From Spirogloea muscicola (lineage: Eukaryota): a stretch of 64,000 nt of DNA. Positions 14,049-27,137 of the stretch are shown piece after piece. The position numbers and the translations under genes were made by a program. Below the pieces are notes generated by a model. It saw only the letters and a program-made list of their open reading frames with translations, was not told the origin of the DNA and made no database searches. The number at the start of each line of letters is the position of its first letter. Within the stretch, counting starts at the first letter, position 1. The DNA is taken from NCBI GenBank assembly GCA_009602725.1, contig WELB01000001.1, positions 573,267-637,266 of the forward strand, read 5' to 3'.

Positions 14049-15408
14049 ATGCCTCACACGGCCGACAGCGCCCGCTCCTGCGACTCCGGGCTCATTGACG
14101 GCCTCGACGACCTCGACTCCATCGCTGAGCCCCTCACGCTGCACCACTTGCAGACGCTCCAGCCGGAGCTCCTCGAGCCTGCCACTGTGTACCCCACATA
14201 CCCCCTGCGCCTCAGGGGCTTAGGTGGCTCCAGGGTGTCCAGGACCTCTTCCGCCAACAGCAAGCCTGATGGCAAGCCTGCGAAGAAGAGGGCCAAGCAT
14301 GGTCGCGACGTCGGTCCGCGGCAGTCGACAAACAGCTGCCAACGAGACCCGGCTCTCTTGGGGACAGCTTCCATTGCAGCTGCTCATGCACTACTTCCAT
14401 TCGTGAGCACCGGTCCATCTTGAACAGCTGGCCCCACTGTGCCCGGCCATCCCCATGTTTTTCGCTGAAATCTGTACATTTATTGCTAACAACTTGACTG
14501 GAGAGCTGTCTCTGTCCTGATTACTGTCTCCATCAGACTGCTGCTGCAAACGGCATTCCCGGCACTGCATTCTGTGACATGTATAGAACAATTGCTAGGT
14601 GTGGGCCCTGCCGCGTTGCCCAGTGATCCTTTGGACAATTTAAAGGCATCTCTACAGACAGCTCAAGCCAAGTGTGCATGCCACCTTGCTGCAGATGATG
14701 GAGCAAGAAAGGCGTGACCAGTGGGGTGCCAGGACAGCGGTCGGCGAGGACCTTCTGCATAAGATGCAGCGCTCTGGTGAGGAGCAGCAAATGTCCTCTG
14801 TGCAGAAAGTAACCGATTGGCTCAGGGAGGCGGAGGACCCCCGTCCCTGCGATGCTTGGGCTGAGGAGTTTCGCAAACCAGAGGTAGGTTCTCATCTGAA
14901 AGGCTGCACATGACTGCAGGCACTTTCTGTACATTGTTACATGTCTTCCTATCTCATGAAGTGCATCAGAGCAAGCCATGCACTCTATGCCTACATGTCC
15001 ATAGACAATCCTCTATCGTCCTTGTGCAATACTGGAGTCCGGCTCCTGAGTTCAGCCCACTGTTTTGTCAAACAGCAGCTCGACGCAACTTCAAGTGCAG
15101 AGGTTGACGCGACGGAGGCGACCGATTCCAGCCCATCTGGGAGCAACTCTAGCCCGCCGCAGGCCTCTCTGGTGCACAGTGGCAGCGACCACTCTTCAGG
15201 CTCCTTCTTTCAAAGATTGGTCAGGCTAAATCCTTTCCACCTCCTTAGGCAAGGCGGAAAGCAAGGTGCTGGCCTCTGGCAGTCATTCTCTGGCAGAGAC
15301 GATTCAGCATCTCCGACACACTTTGCCTTGGCCCAGTTTTGGGTGTTACTGGGAGCGTGGATGAGAGTGCCTGACTGGCCAGCTGCTCGAATGCTGCCTG
15401 TAAATTAG
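14049..15408 (+). CDS. Hypothetical protein (at least 3 exons), no recognised domain
   Basis: Follows a GC-rich promoter-like island. Open exons at 14049-~14300, ~14659-14883 (donor GAG|gtaggt) and ~15076-15408; basic NLS-like KPAKKRAKH. Confidence 0.5.
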
Positions 15409-16391
15409 TGAGTTGCAGTGCCACCGACAATGTATGTAAGTAATAAGGTAGAGGCCATCCTCAAAGAGGATGCCCCAGGGCCATCTTGGCCTAGTCTCCT
15501 CCATGACCCTTTTGTGTCGATATGGTAATAGCACGCACTTTTGGCAAATGTGTTGTCTTCCCTCACCTTTCAATGTCGTGGGGAATGTTCAAACTTCGCA
15601 ATGCCTGTAAACTCTCCAACTTTTGCATCATTTGTTTCCATAAGATGTGCTGTTATTGTACCAGCTTTGTCTCATATTACTACTGCATAAGCTTAGCGGA
15701 GACCTAATTTTTCTTGAACTGGTCAGAGATAGTGAATGTATGAGCAGTTGGGAATAAATGCATCACTGCCACATGAGCTCTAAGCTTGTGACAACATTTT
15801 TAACCTTATCAGCAGTACTGTGGGGTCAAAAATTGCATTTACTGCACAGTACAACTCTTCTGTGACGGGTACTAATGTGGCTGACAACATCCTCAAGCCC
15901 ATGCATCCTTGAGTCTCCATGCATTGAAGTATATTTCAATAGTCCTCAACAAATAGTTCTCAAGTAATGTAGTGATACACAATGTACTTACAGAGGTCGC
16001 TTGCATATGCTTAGCTTATTAAGGTCATGGCTAGTCAATCTCTGTTTTAAGGTCATGTTCTGCTTATTGTGCCCCATCTGCTGCAAGCATTGATTATCTG
16101 TGCAGGCCATTTGCTAAATATTTGTGCAGGCCATGTGGTAGCCTGTGCAATGAAGTGCTTCAGGTGTTTAGATTTATGAAGTACGATGGTGTGATGGTCA
16201 AGAGTATTCTAGAGTACGCTACAGATCCCATGATAACCAAACCTTCGTCCATTGGTGATTAGGACTTCATATCCGAAAACAGCAACCCATGAGAAAGCTG
16301 CAGCCCACGACAGCTAGCAATGTCTTTTTGAGGTTGGCAAGTACCCAAGCCATTGCTCACCCTTGACCACTCATACTGCCATGACCTTAGC

Positions 16392-18349
16392 TCATTTCTC
16401 AAGCGCCTGCTTATCTAATTGAATTGAGCAAGCTGCGATCAAGTGCTAGCATCCACCTTCTCTGTGACATCCAACTGTTCCGCACCTTTACTTTTCCCCT
16501 GCATGACATCATCCAAAATGCAACTGATGTACAGCTTCAATACTGCTTGCCATAGTACTTGATGCAATGCACGAGAACTCAGTCAACTAGAAAAGTCAGT
16601 CAAATATAAGCACTCTGATGCGTTGATGCTCATATGTTCATATCCAAACTCACTTCAGATTGTAAGCTCAGAACACAATATGTACCTCTTCAGATTGCTC
16701 TGGCTCTTCCAAAAGCTTGATGTAAGCCTTTGAGTCGCTTGCAGTAACTCCTAGAGTCAGAGGATCAAATGTAATGTCGTTGCGACAGACAATCTACACA
16801 ATGCCACACGGGAGTCAGGCATTGTGCAGGGCATTTAGGCATCCTGGTTAGCAAACAGCAACCTTCGCAGCGTTTTACGATTATGATACGACTTCTGTTA
16901 TATATGTTGCTAGCAGGGATGTAACATGGAATGCTGAATCTGCACCGTAAAACGATGTCTGATCATGCCCTTGAGCAGACTTATCTCGCCAGCAAACGTG
17001 CTGACGGCCACAAGCACGAGTTTTTGGTTCATGACATCTTTCAACAGATTCATGCCCTGACCGGCTCCCATTTCAACGCCCTGATGGTCACAATGTCACA
17101 ATGACACCACAAGAAAGAGTAGGAGGCGTCACAAGATAGCCTCCTGAATGCACGGCTTGCTTTTGCTCCGCGACATGCCTATAGGAGTGTCTCACACAAG
17201 CAGAATTGGCTTCAAGTGAATGCTGCAAGCTCTGCACCTGTCGTACTCTGTAGGCATGATCAAATTACACAGACCGACACCATGCTTGACAAGCAAGGCC
17301 CCTTCAGTGCAACCCGTCTGTACATGATGGCCAAGCATATGCGCAAGCAAGGCATGCAAATATTTTAGATAGGAGGAGCTTCTAACATCGCATCCCAGGC
17401 AGAACAAAAGAGACCTTCAGCTCTGCAGGGAGCTCAAGGGTAGTCTTTTCCCAAGCTTGCAAAGTCCCTTTGTCTAGATAGCACTCTCCCACCTGCATGC
17501 ATGAGATTGTTGTTCCCATGGATTTATTCCAGCAGCAGCAGCAAGGCTATGCATAACAGAGCCTCCTGATGGTGGGAAAAGGCATGATTGCCAGCTGCAC
17601 ATGCCCATCCATCTCTGACTTATGATAGCCTGGCCCATCTCACAAGGTTGTTGACCGAGGGCTTCACCTTCTGGTCATTGTAGAAGATGTCAATGGTGCT
17701 CGAAGGGTAGTTGACTGGGGCAACATTGGGATTTTCTGTGTAGACTGCAATTGGTGCGCGAAACCTCCATGTCATTGCCCAGAGCATTGCACACTCCTCG
17801 GTCAGAGTTATATCAGTTGATTTTAATTCTTGCTATCAAGCACATCTCTCAAGACAATCAGGCAAAGTACAACCAAAGCAAAGCACACGCACGGGCAGCT
17901 TAGCTTTCCACCTGCATCTTTGAAGACAGGGTCGGTAGCAAGCAGAGCACATTTTGAGCCATTGAAGCATGTCACCTATGCAGACGACATGTAGATCGAT
18001 CGAAACAACAGGGACAATTCCAACAGTCGTAGGCCGTACGCCAAAGCCTTTCACCTGGATCTCGGTCGTCTGTGCGACAAGTACTGATGTAAGCAGCCGC
18101 AAGCACAGGGAAGCACAAGGACAGACACAAAGCTTAGAAGGCATTTCAGTTGCTTCTCACTATAGAAGTCGTCACGACGTGAGTGACCGGGCTATTTGGA
18201 TCAATTAGAGCCGTAAGGGCACTGGCACAGGCAGAGAGAGCAGGCTGAGTGTTGCCAACCTTCATGATGGGGTCCTTGGGGCGAAGCTTGTAGCTGACAA
18301 CAACGAGAAGCCCGACCGCAGCGCCGCCGGCAGCCAGCGTGAGCGCCAT
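16392..18349 (-). CDS. LEA_2 domain membrane-anchored protein, multi-exon
   Basis: Spliced product MALTLAAGGAAVGLLVVVSYKLRPKDP..ENPNVAPVNYPSSTIDIFYNDQKVGEC..LELPC..HRFTIVCRNDITFDPLTL..ALEK*; NPN..Y..I.Y LEA_2 motif. Confidence 0.78.
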
Positions 18350-18849
18350 GCCGGCCGGGCCACGAGCGAGCCCCGGCGCCGCCGACGCGCCGCTCGCGGC
18401 AGCNGGCGCGGCGGCAGCTGCAGTGGGACCCGGCGGGGGGAGGGCGCGGCAGGGCGGACGGCGGAGCTGGGCTGGGCTAGCAGCATGGGCCCCTTGCCAC
18501 TATGCCTGACACCTCGCTCCTCCGTCCCAGGAGCGAGCAGGTGCGCTCCTCACGTACAAGCAACGGCGGGTCCTCTCTCCGTGGACCACCCACTGCACGC
18601 GGTATGGCCAGCACACCCGGCGTCGTACTTCTGCTGCCAGATGGCTACCGTTAGCTGCTGACTCGGGCTTCCCACCACTTCCTGTGTTTGCCTTCTCGTG
18701 GGGCCCATGCCTTGAAAACAATCGTGGCCTTTTTGGATGGACTGTGTATTGACTCGCTGGGCCTTCCGTTCATGCCATGCGCACCACGCGCCTTCTCTCG
18801 TCCCACTTCTTACACACCATCTCAAATCTGCACTGGCCAGTCACCCATT

Positions 18850-20200
18850 GGGCTTTGAGTGGCACCCGACGACTGGAGGCTTCCATCTAGGCTGGCCAAC
18901 CTTCGCCTGCTGAGACGGACTCCCAAGCCCGATATTGTCTAGGCTGCTCCCTTACAAGTAGGCACCGGCCTCTCAACTGACGCCTATTTATGTTTACGTC
19001 TACGCAGTTTTACTGAGCTGGCCATTCACAGCAACCGCCCCTGAAGAGCCAGTCTCCAGGCAGCTCCATAACATCAGTCAGTCCTGGCTGAAGTAACAGA
19101 CTGCCATGCATGCTGGCTAGGTTGTAGACTAGGCTTGTGACACTCTTATCAACCTGGAGTCTCCACCAGTCACCTCCACTGTTTTCTGCGTTCTCCTGCA
19201 AGATCCAGCTGCAATGACGGACCAGCACAGGGCACAGAGTGCTGCCAGGACCTTCTCGTACTGACCACCAACTTTTTGGCGCCTCCATCAGGAGCACTTT
19301 ACCATCCCGTCCTTTGTTGGCTCTTGTCACACCTCACTCCAAGAGCAGATTGCATTCAGGTGTTGGTCATCCAAGTCCTCCACTCAATGTCCAAGGTGAA
19401 ACCAAGGTGTCCACCACCTTGGCTTCATGCCACAAAGTTGAAGCACAACCTGCCCCCAACTCCAACACAACTATTCGGCTGCCACTTTCCTGGAGTACAC
19501 CCTTCCAGTGATAGGTACCTTCAAAGCATCAACCACACGGCCTAACATAGCTTTTCCTTAACAATAGATCCAGTACAGGGCTGTTTCCCTCTTGACTTTA
19601 GATCTTAGCACCCAAAGTCTGTGTACGATAAATTAGATCAGTATTCGGACTTTCCTTGGGGTTGGTCAAGCTTTGGGCCACCGTAGCCCATTGAGTGCTC
19701 TACCTTCTGATCAAATATTTCATATGCTCTGCCTCATTGATTCTCGCGGATAAGCTTTTAAGTCCAGATTTGGTTGGCCTTCCACCCCTAGCCACAAGTC
19801 ATCCCCATAGTTTGCCTGTCTCCCTATAGGAGACCCATGGATCACAGAGTTTTCTTCCGCCTACGGCTTGAGATTCGAAGAATGCGCCTAAGTACACATC
19901 GAATGTGCTGCCATCGGAATGCCACTGATGAAAGTGGACAAAGATCTCTATCCCTACACCCTGAACCATGTCTCTCAAGTGATTAATAATTTGCTCCATC
20001 AGATGCTCCAACTTCTTTGGCATGCTCGCAACATGGGCTTGACCAGGCAAATTGCACAATGATCTTGCAGCTGGCATGTTTGAATGAGGTATTGCTGGAC
20101 TGCAGGCTGACTGATGCACACCTGAATCTGTGGGCTTCAAGTTGCTCAATGCCAGCACGCAGGCCAGCATAGCTGGTCAAAAGTCCAACAAATCTGCTCT
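18850..20200 (-). mobile_element. Highly degenerate Ty3/gypsy-like pol relic
   Basis: Broken fragments resembling RNase H (VVDALK..LEG) and the integrase N-terminus (LCPV..ILQE..LLQP..ELP), with many stops. Confidence 0.35.
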
Positions 20201-20299
20201 CACAAATTGATCACACTCTTGTCTTCCTGAAAAGGCTACACTTGCTTCAAGAGCACTCCAGAGAGGGTACTTAAAGGGCAAACGGAGCAGACCTGCAAC

Positions 20300-21400
20300 T
20301 TAGTCCTCTGCCTGCAGACCGGAGAGGACAATGCTCCCCACGAAAAGGGTAGCCCCAAGGGCTCCAGACAGGGCAGCCAGTGTGTACTGGGCAACTAGTA
20401 GCAGCGAGGTTTCATCAGAGATGAGGATGGGGAAAGCAATGGCGCCTACAAGGAAGGGAAGAGAAAGCGAAGCAAGCGCTGCAGGCGACGAGGTTGCAAA
20501 GTTTTCTGCACAGGAACAGTAGCAAGTGCACTGTGGTAAGCTATGCTGCACAACACAAAAGTGCACTCATGATGCAATGACACAGTCATTGTCAAGAGCA
20601 TGAGACTGATAGAGGGCCCTTCTCCAATCAGCCTCAAATTTCATGGAATCAGAAGGATCGAACTCAGACCTGCGAGGCCCAGTAAACCGAGCGACTCGGC
20701 CTTTGAAAGGAGGCCTGCCTTCTCAATTCCTGACAAAGAGAGTCCAACGCTCTCAGCCTTTGAAAGAAGGCCAGCCTTCTCCACAGAGCTGAGAATCTTC
20801 TTCTTTTCGAGGGTTTTGGCAATGTTCACGGGCGCCGCCTGTCCACCCTCAGAGAAGTATCCAGCCCCGTACCATTTCTTGCTCCAGACATCATCCAGCT
20901 TGATACCCTGAGTAGGCCAGATCAGAGACGGAGTGGTGACTGAGCCTTGCTACAGCCAGTACTGTCTGTCATCAGAGCTTCAGCCGCTGGGCTGCACATG
21001 TACGGCGATCTGCTGGAGCGCCTCCTACACATGCTCGCCCGGTGCCAACAAGCCACAGCACCGCTCGTTGAAGCCTTGACAGCCTCTCACGCGCTGAGAT
21101 GATGACACGACGTTGGACGAGAGTACCTTGTACATCCTGCTCGACAGATCGAAGCCTGCGACCTTGGCTGGTCAAGACAGCGCACTGCTCGGGCTTCAGG
21201 CAATGGGTGCAGTAAGGTAGCAGGGGTACCTTCTTCTTGGGCGCCATCGCGACCACCCTGGCAGATCTGGCAGAGAGTGCCGGCCCGGACCTGGCGGGCT
21301 GCAAACGCAAGCCGCTGACGGCCTGGGACTCGCCGAAGCTCAGGGCCGCAAGGGGCCCTGCCACGGCCTGGCATTGCGAGACAACGGCGCCTGACGCCAT
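20300..21400 (-). CDS. RIQ2: DUF1118 thylakoid membrane protein (RIQ2-like), 3 exons
   Basis: Transit peptide..VVAMAPKKK|GIKLDDVWSKKWYGAG..LEKKKILSSVEKAGLLSKAE..GLLSKAESLGLL|ENFATSSPAALAS..VGSIVLSGLQAED*. Confidence 0.88.
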
Positions 21401-22317
21401 CGCGCGCTGCCGCAGGATAGCGGTAGTAGCTGCCGCTGTGGAAAGGCAGGCGGAGTCGCGGCAGGGTGGCACCCGGGGCCGCCGAGCTGCCGGCGGCGCG
21501 GCGTCGGCGGCGGCGGCGGCCTCGGCGGCCTTGGCGACGCCCGTGGACTTGGCGGGGGCAAGGGTGTGACAACCGGGCCAGCTAAAAGCGTTGTCAATTG
21601 CTGGCTTCGGGCGGAGTGCGGGAAAGTGAGAAGGCGCGCGCGCAATGGGCTTGAAATGAAGGGGGTGGCCAATTTAAGCCAATAACACTCCCAGCCGTGG
21701 GGGGGGGAGGGGGGCCCGCTGGGCGCTCCCCCGCGTATCGCGCCAGATAAGGACCCCCGGCGGCCCCAGCCGCAGGATGCCGGGCGCGGGCCGCCGTCCG
21801 ATGCCGGCGGCCGATCGGGGGCAAGCGGCGCGCCGTCAGGGCGCGACGGTGACGGCGGGGCCGCCACCCGTTCCCACTGCTTGGCACTCGCTTCTGCCTG
21901 CAACGGTTGTTGGCTTCAATTGGCCACCCTTTCATTTCATGCGCACCGTTGGAGGGGCTCGGCTCCCCCCCCGCGGCACGGCACGCCGCCGTCCCGGCGC
22001 CACCACTGAGCCGGCCGCTTGCTCCGACGTCGGATAGTGGGGGCTTGGCTGCCGCTTCGCGCCCCTCGCCCGCCCGCCTCCTACCCCGTTACTTCACTCG
22101 CCCCGAGCGCCGCGCAGACCCCCGCCCCCCAGAGAAACACCCACACATTCCTCCACTTTCCCCCCCCACCCCAGCGGATCCGTCGCGCCCTCGATGCTGC
22201 GCCCGCACTGCGCTTGACCGCTGGGGGCCGCTTCAGCCCGCCCGCGCGCCTTCGCCCGCGGCGCCCGTGTGGGCGCCACCAGGAAGGGCTTGGGAGCCGC
22301 CCCGCCGCGGCGTCGCC

Positions 22318-24039
22318 ATGGAGTCGGATCAGGGGAAGCTCTTCATCGGCGGCATCTCGTGGGAGACCACCGAGGAGAAGCTGCGCGAGCACTTTCAGGC
22401 CTACGGCGAGGTCGTGGACACGGTCATCATGAAGGACCGCGCCACTGGCCGTGCGCGCGGCTTTGGCTTTGTCGTTTTCAGCGACCCCGAGGTCGCCGAC
22501 CGCGTCGTCCTTGAGAAGCACACCATTGACGGTCGGCAGGTGGGTCATCGGCCCCGGCCGCCGCCCTGTGGGTCGTGACATTGCCAGTGGTGGCTGTTCT
22601 GCTGCTTCTCGCTCTGACTACTTTCAAGTCCCCATCACTACACATTGTATGCCTCCAATTCCTCTTTGACTGCGACCTAGTTTCAAATGCGTGCCTTCCG
22701 GTCTCCGTTATCGCCCATGCAACACGCACATGGGGTGTCTTATTGAGCGGTCTGCATATACTTCTGCTCTCTGCCTGTGCAGGTCGAGGCTAAGAAGGCT
22801 GTTCCGCGAGACGAGCAGAGTAGCATGGCCAGGGGCTCTGGAGGGCCCAACAGCGGAGGTGGTATTGGTGGCGGCGGCGGCGGTGGGCCTGGTGGCGGGG
22901 GCATTGCCGGCGGAGGCGGCGCTCAGGGCGTCAGGACGAAGAAGATCTTTGTGGGCGGGCTGGCATCGTCGGTCACGGAGGACGACTTCCGGAAATACTT
23001 TGAGCAGTTTGGGAACATCACAGACGTAGTCGTGATGTACGACCACAACACGCAGCGCCCCCGGGGCTTTGGCTTCATCACGTATGATTCAGAAGATGCC
23101 GTAGATGCCGTCCTGCAGAAGAACTTTCACGAGTTGAATGAGAAGATGGTGGAGGTCAAGCGGGCAGTGCCCAAGGAGCTCTCGCAGCCGGGAGGCAGCA
23201 CTGGCCGAGGGAGTGCTTACGGAGGCAGAGGAGGTGGCTACGTGGGCAGCTATGGCTATGGGGCTGGAGCGGGGGGCAGCCCGGGCAGCTATGGTGGACG
23301 AGGTGACAGATATGGCCAGGCGCAGCTGTTGCGGGGAGGCTATGGATATGGGAGCAGTTACGGCGGAGGCGCTTATGGCGATACTGCACTGTATGGAACT
23401 GCTAATGGTGGCTATGGGGCCGACGCTTATGGTGCCGGAGGCTATGGGTCCCTTGGATATGGGGCGACGGCGGCTGGCAGCTATGGAGGGGGGTATGGCA
23501 GCCCTGCCGCATACGGCGCCTCGGCGGGCGGAAGGACTTCCTACGGCGGAGGCTACAGCAGCGGCGCTGCATCTGCATATGGATCCAGTCCAGGCAGCGG
23601 CAGCGGCTATGGAGCGACGAGCGCTTACGTGGCAGACGGGTCAGGAGCTGCAACTGGAGGAAGCGGGGGTTATGTACCAAGCGCATACGGCTACGGCACA
23701 GGTGTCGACGGCTATGGCAGCGGTGCTTATGGTGCTTTGAGAGGAGGCGCCTATGGCAGCAGTGCTGCCACGTACGGCACTACTGCTGGTGGTGGGGGAG
23801 CTAGTGGTAGCTATGGTGGGTATGCTGACATGTATGGCACCTCTGCGTATGACCAGACCGCTTGGGGTAGGACTGCCGCAGGGACAGGAGTTGGGGTAGG
23901 AGGCTATGCAGCGGCGACTGACAACAGCATAAATGGCTCCGCAGCCTATTCAGCAACGTACGGCGTCGCAGGCAGGCAGACTCAACGTGGCCAGGATGCC
24001 AGATTTCGGCCATACCCCACCACTGATCGGGCAACTTAG
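22318..24039 (+). CDS. hnRNP A/D/Musashi-type two-RRM protein with Gly/Tyr-rich tail (exons 22318-22539, 22783-24039)
   Basis: MESDQGKLFIGGISWET..RGFGFVVF; KKIFVGGLA..RPRGFGFITY; C-terminal RFRPY (PY-NLS-like). Confidence 0.95.
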
Positions 24040-25122
24040 GATGTCAGAGGTCTCTGTCACCTATTGAGCGTAGAAAACCTTGGGCCTGTACAGCCTGCTG
24101 TGCGCAGAGATAGCGGGTCCGCATATTGCAGGCCGTCAGTAACATCAGCCTGTGCTTACTCAGCTTAGTGTGTTGACCTTCATTGATGTGTCCTCCTCAC
24201 GTCGTAATGCAGAGAAGGCTAGAGTAGCTTTGGATCCCTCAAATTTTCCAGCGCTTGTGATCCAGTTGCTTTTGATCTCAGCTTGAAGGCAGGTCTTGTA
24301 AGAGAGTGTCAGCTCAACACATAGGATCCATCTTGAATAAGTATTCGAGCTTCTTTGACTGTAGCCCCATCCTATGCCAGCTTTTGTGAGGCTGCGTTTA
24401 AGGTTGAGGAAGGTGCTTCAGATTGTCATGAGGCCTTCCTACACCAGAGCCGCTCCTGCCTCGTCTTTCCTCTGCAGATTGGATAAGTAAGAAGAAAAGC
24501 CACTGCTGAATACTGGCTGCAAGGAGAAGGCTGAGGCACCAGAAGCACCAACAGTGACTTAGCCTGCCACGGCATCTGGTCCATTGTGCACTAGGTTGTT
24601 TGCGATGAACAAGCCTCTGGCTGATCTCAGCCGTGTGGCCAGCAGTTACGCAATTCTTACAATCTTCAAAAGGTACTGTCTGCAACAGAGGCTGCCGCGG
24701 GCTCGCCAGACACCACAGTTGTACTCATAGTAACCCATTGTAGCTGCTCACTCGGCAGTGACAGCATCCTCTTGCTGGCGCCATACTGGCTCTTCACTGG
24801 TCTGTGCACACTATTCGAGCTGGCCGCTTGCTCACAGCAATTGGCCAAAAAGCTCTTGATTTGTGCGGCAAGTTTGGAGCTGTAGCAGAATAGAACGACA
24901 GTCAAACTCTGACTGAAACAGCAATTGTGTGGCGTAGCTGCCCACGCTGCAGCCGGTGCACAGGTGACGGCAGGGGGGCCAAGCAAACGGCGGGGTGAAC
25001 GGCGATGCGGCCTCAAAGCCACCCCGGCCAAGCTGCACCTCTTCCACGTCCCATAAGCTCCCCAATTTAGTACCAGCACCCGCTTTCTCTTGCCCCCGAG
25101 TGCGGCGCGCGCCGGGCGCGCC

Positions 25123-26575
25123 ATGGAGGCCGCGGTGCCGCTGGCGCTGGGATCCGCCTCCGCGCTCTCCGCCGCGCTGCGCGCCGCCNCTCCGGCTCCT
25201 CCGGCTACGCGACGAGCTGCCGGCGGGGTGCCTCCGCTGCGGCGCCGCTGCGAGTCCACCTCGCGCGCGCGACGACTGGCAGCCATGGCGGCGAGCAGCC
25301 AGCAGGGGGGCTCGCCGGGGGGTCTCCACCGCAGGAGGCGGTCCTCAGGGCGATCTCCGGTGAGCTCATTTGCTGAAGCTGAGCATCAATCACCTCCTCG
25401 GGATCAATTCGTATCGGTAAACTCGTCCTGTAATCTGTGCACCTCAGCTCCTCATGGCCTGTGCCAATGCGGAGTCCCGCACCTTGGACTCCGAGGACCA
25501 GGATATACCCTCCAGGTCCTTACAGTGGCCACGCTCTGCAGAGATTTCGAAGACTTCAGGACGATATGCGAAGACCACAAACCTAGTCATTGGCGGTGTT
25601 GAGACGCCTGCTGCTGACTGGAAGCAGCTTGATGAGAAGGTCAATTCTACCATTGGTCCGCAGATTAAAGTATCGTAGCAGACAAGTCAAGGGTTTCTAC
25701 AGACAGTATCTGGACGCAGATTAAAGCAGCTGTGCATTTGAGCTGCACAGCTGCTTTTAATCTGCAAGTTGCTGAGCTCAACTTGCACTGACATGTTCTG
25801 TTTGTACTTGCCCCTGACATTTGTGAAAGCTCCAGGCTCATTCCTCCGCCTCAGCCATCCACGTCAAGTTGCTGTTGTCTTATGTAGGAGGCCCCCCTGC
25901 CTTGCTGATTGAACAGGTTAATCAGTACCCTATGGTTCGGGGTTTCACTGCCATTGGCGAGGGAGGCGATGACTTTGTGGCGTCCATGGTCGTGGCTGTG
26001 GAGACTGTACTCCAAACCCCAGTTGGAGTAATATAGTAGTCCTCAATAGCTCAAGTTCTGTGTGATTGTTTCGTGTTTGGATTTAGATGCTGTCTGTAAC
26101 GCACGTATGTCTGTCAGGTACTGCGGTTGTCTTTGGTTGTCATATGGACATATAGACCAAGCTGCGCATGCTCTGCTTTACAGGGGAAAGTGAGACAAAG
26201 GGAATCAGCTCAAGGACGGTACATCTCTGTGAAGATTGGTCCAATGCGTGTAGAGTCCAGTGAGCAGGTGAGCTCTCACGTGTGAACGCTTTATTGTAGT
26301 CAATAAGAACACAGGACAACAGACTATCATGATAGCAAATCAAGCTGGCGGTTACAGGCATGCAAATTGTTTCAGCTGCCAGCTACTAGCACAAGCCTGC
26401 AACAATGAACGTCTAGGTTGAGGGGAGCAGACCCGTTGCAAATTGAAACATCTTATGGGAGGTCAGACAACTGGCTTCTCAATCTGCTTCTGAACAGATG
26501 CTTGGCTGACTTGTGCAGGTCCAAGCAGTATATCGAGCAATGAGAAGTGACCGGCGTATGAGGTATTTTCTTTAG
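25123..26575 (+). CDS. Plastid DUF493/YbeD-like protein, 5 exons (exon 1 interrupted by N at 25189)
   Basis: PPQEAVLRAIS|EISKTSGRYAKTTNLVIGG..LDEK|VNQYPMVRGFTAIGEGGDDFV..|GRYISVKIGP..SSEQ|VQAVYRAMRSDRRMRYFL*. Confidence 0.85.
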
Positions 26576-27137
26576 GAGTCCATAAACATTCTTGCTTGAA
26601 TAGGCAAGTGCACCGTGAGCTTTTGGCTTCACGTGCTAATTCTTTTAGCCACCCTTGCCATTGTCTGTGTACGTTGCCAATTGGCTCTGCTAGGTTAAAC
26701 ACCTCTGCAGACCATCTCAACTCTATGGCGTCCCCAGTGGACCCCGAACACAAGAATGGCTTGCAGACTGCAGTTGTAACATATCCACAGTGATTCACAG
26801 ATTGTCGTGCAGTGATTGAACCTGGCGGCTCACTTTGATGCCATGTAAGGAGAAGTAAGTCAAAGAAACTGTCAAGCAAACACGAGTGCACCACAAATGA
26901 ACTCTGTGTGTATAACTTGTGAATGCAAAGGTTTGAAGAATGTTAGAGCTGGAAAGAGGGCATGCACTCTTCAACCCAGTGAGCTTACATTGGGCTGAGG
27001 AAGATGTTTACGGGAGACCCTTCTCAGCTTGACAGATCCAGAAAACACAGCCTCAATGGCATCTGACACTGAGGGCCTGCCAGCACCACTATGGTTTGCA
27101 CGGATGCAGCTGCAGTGCTGCTAGTTGCAGGACTCTG

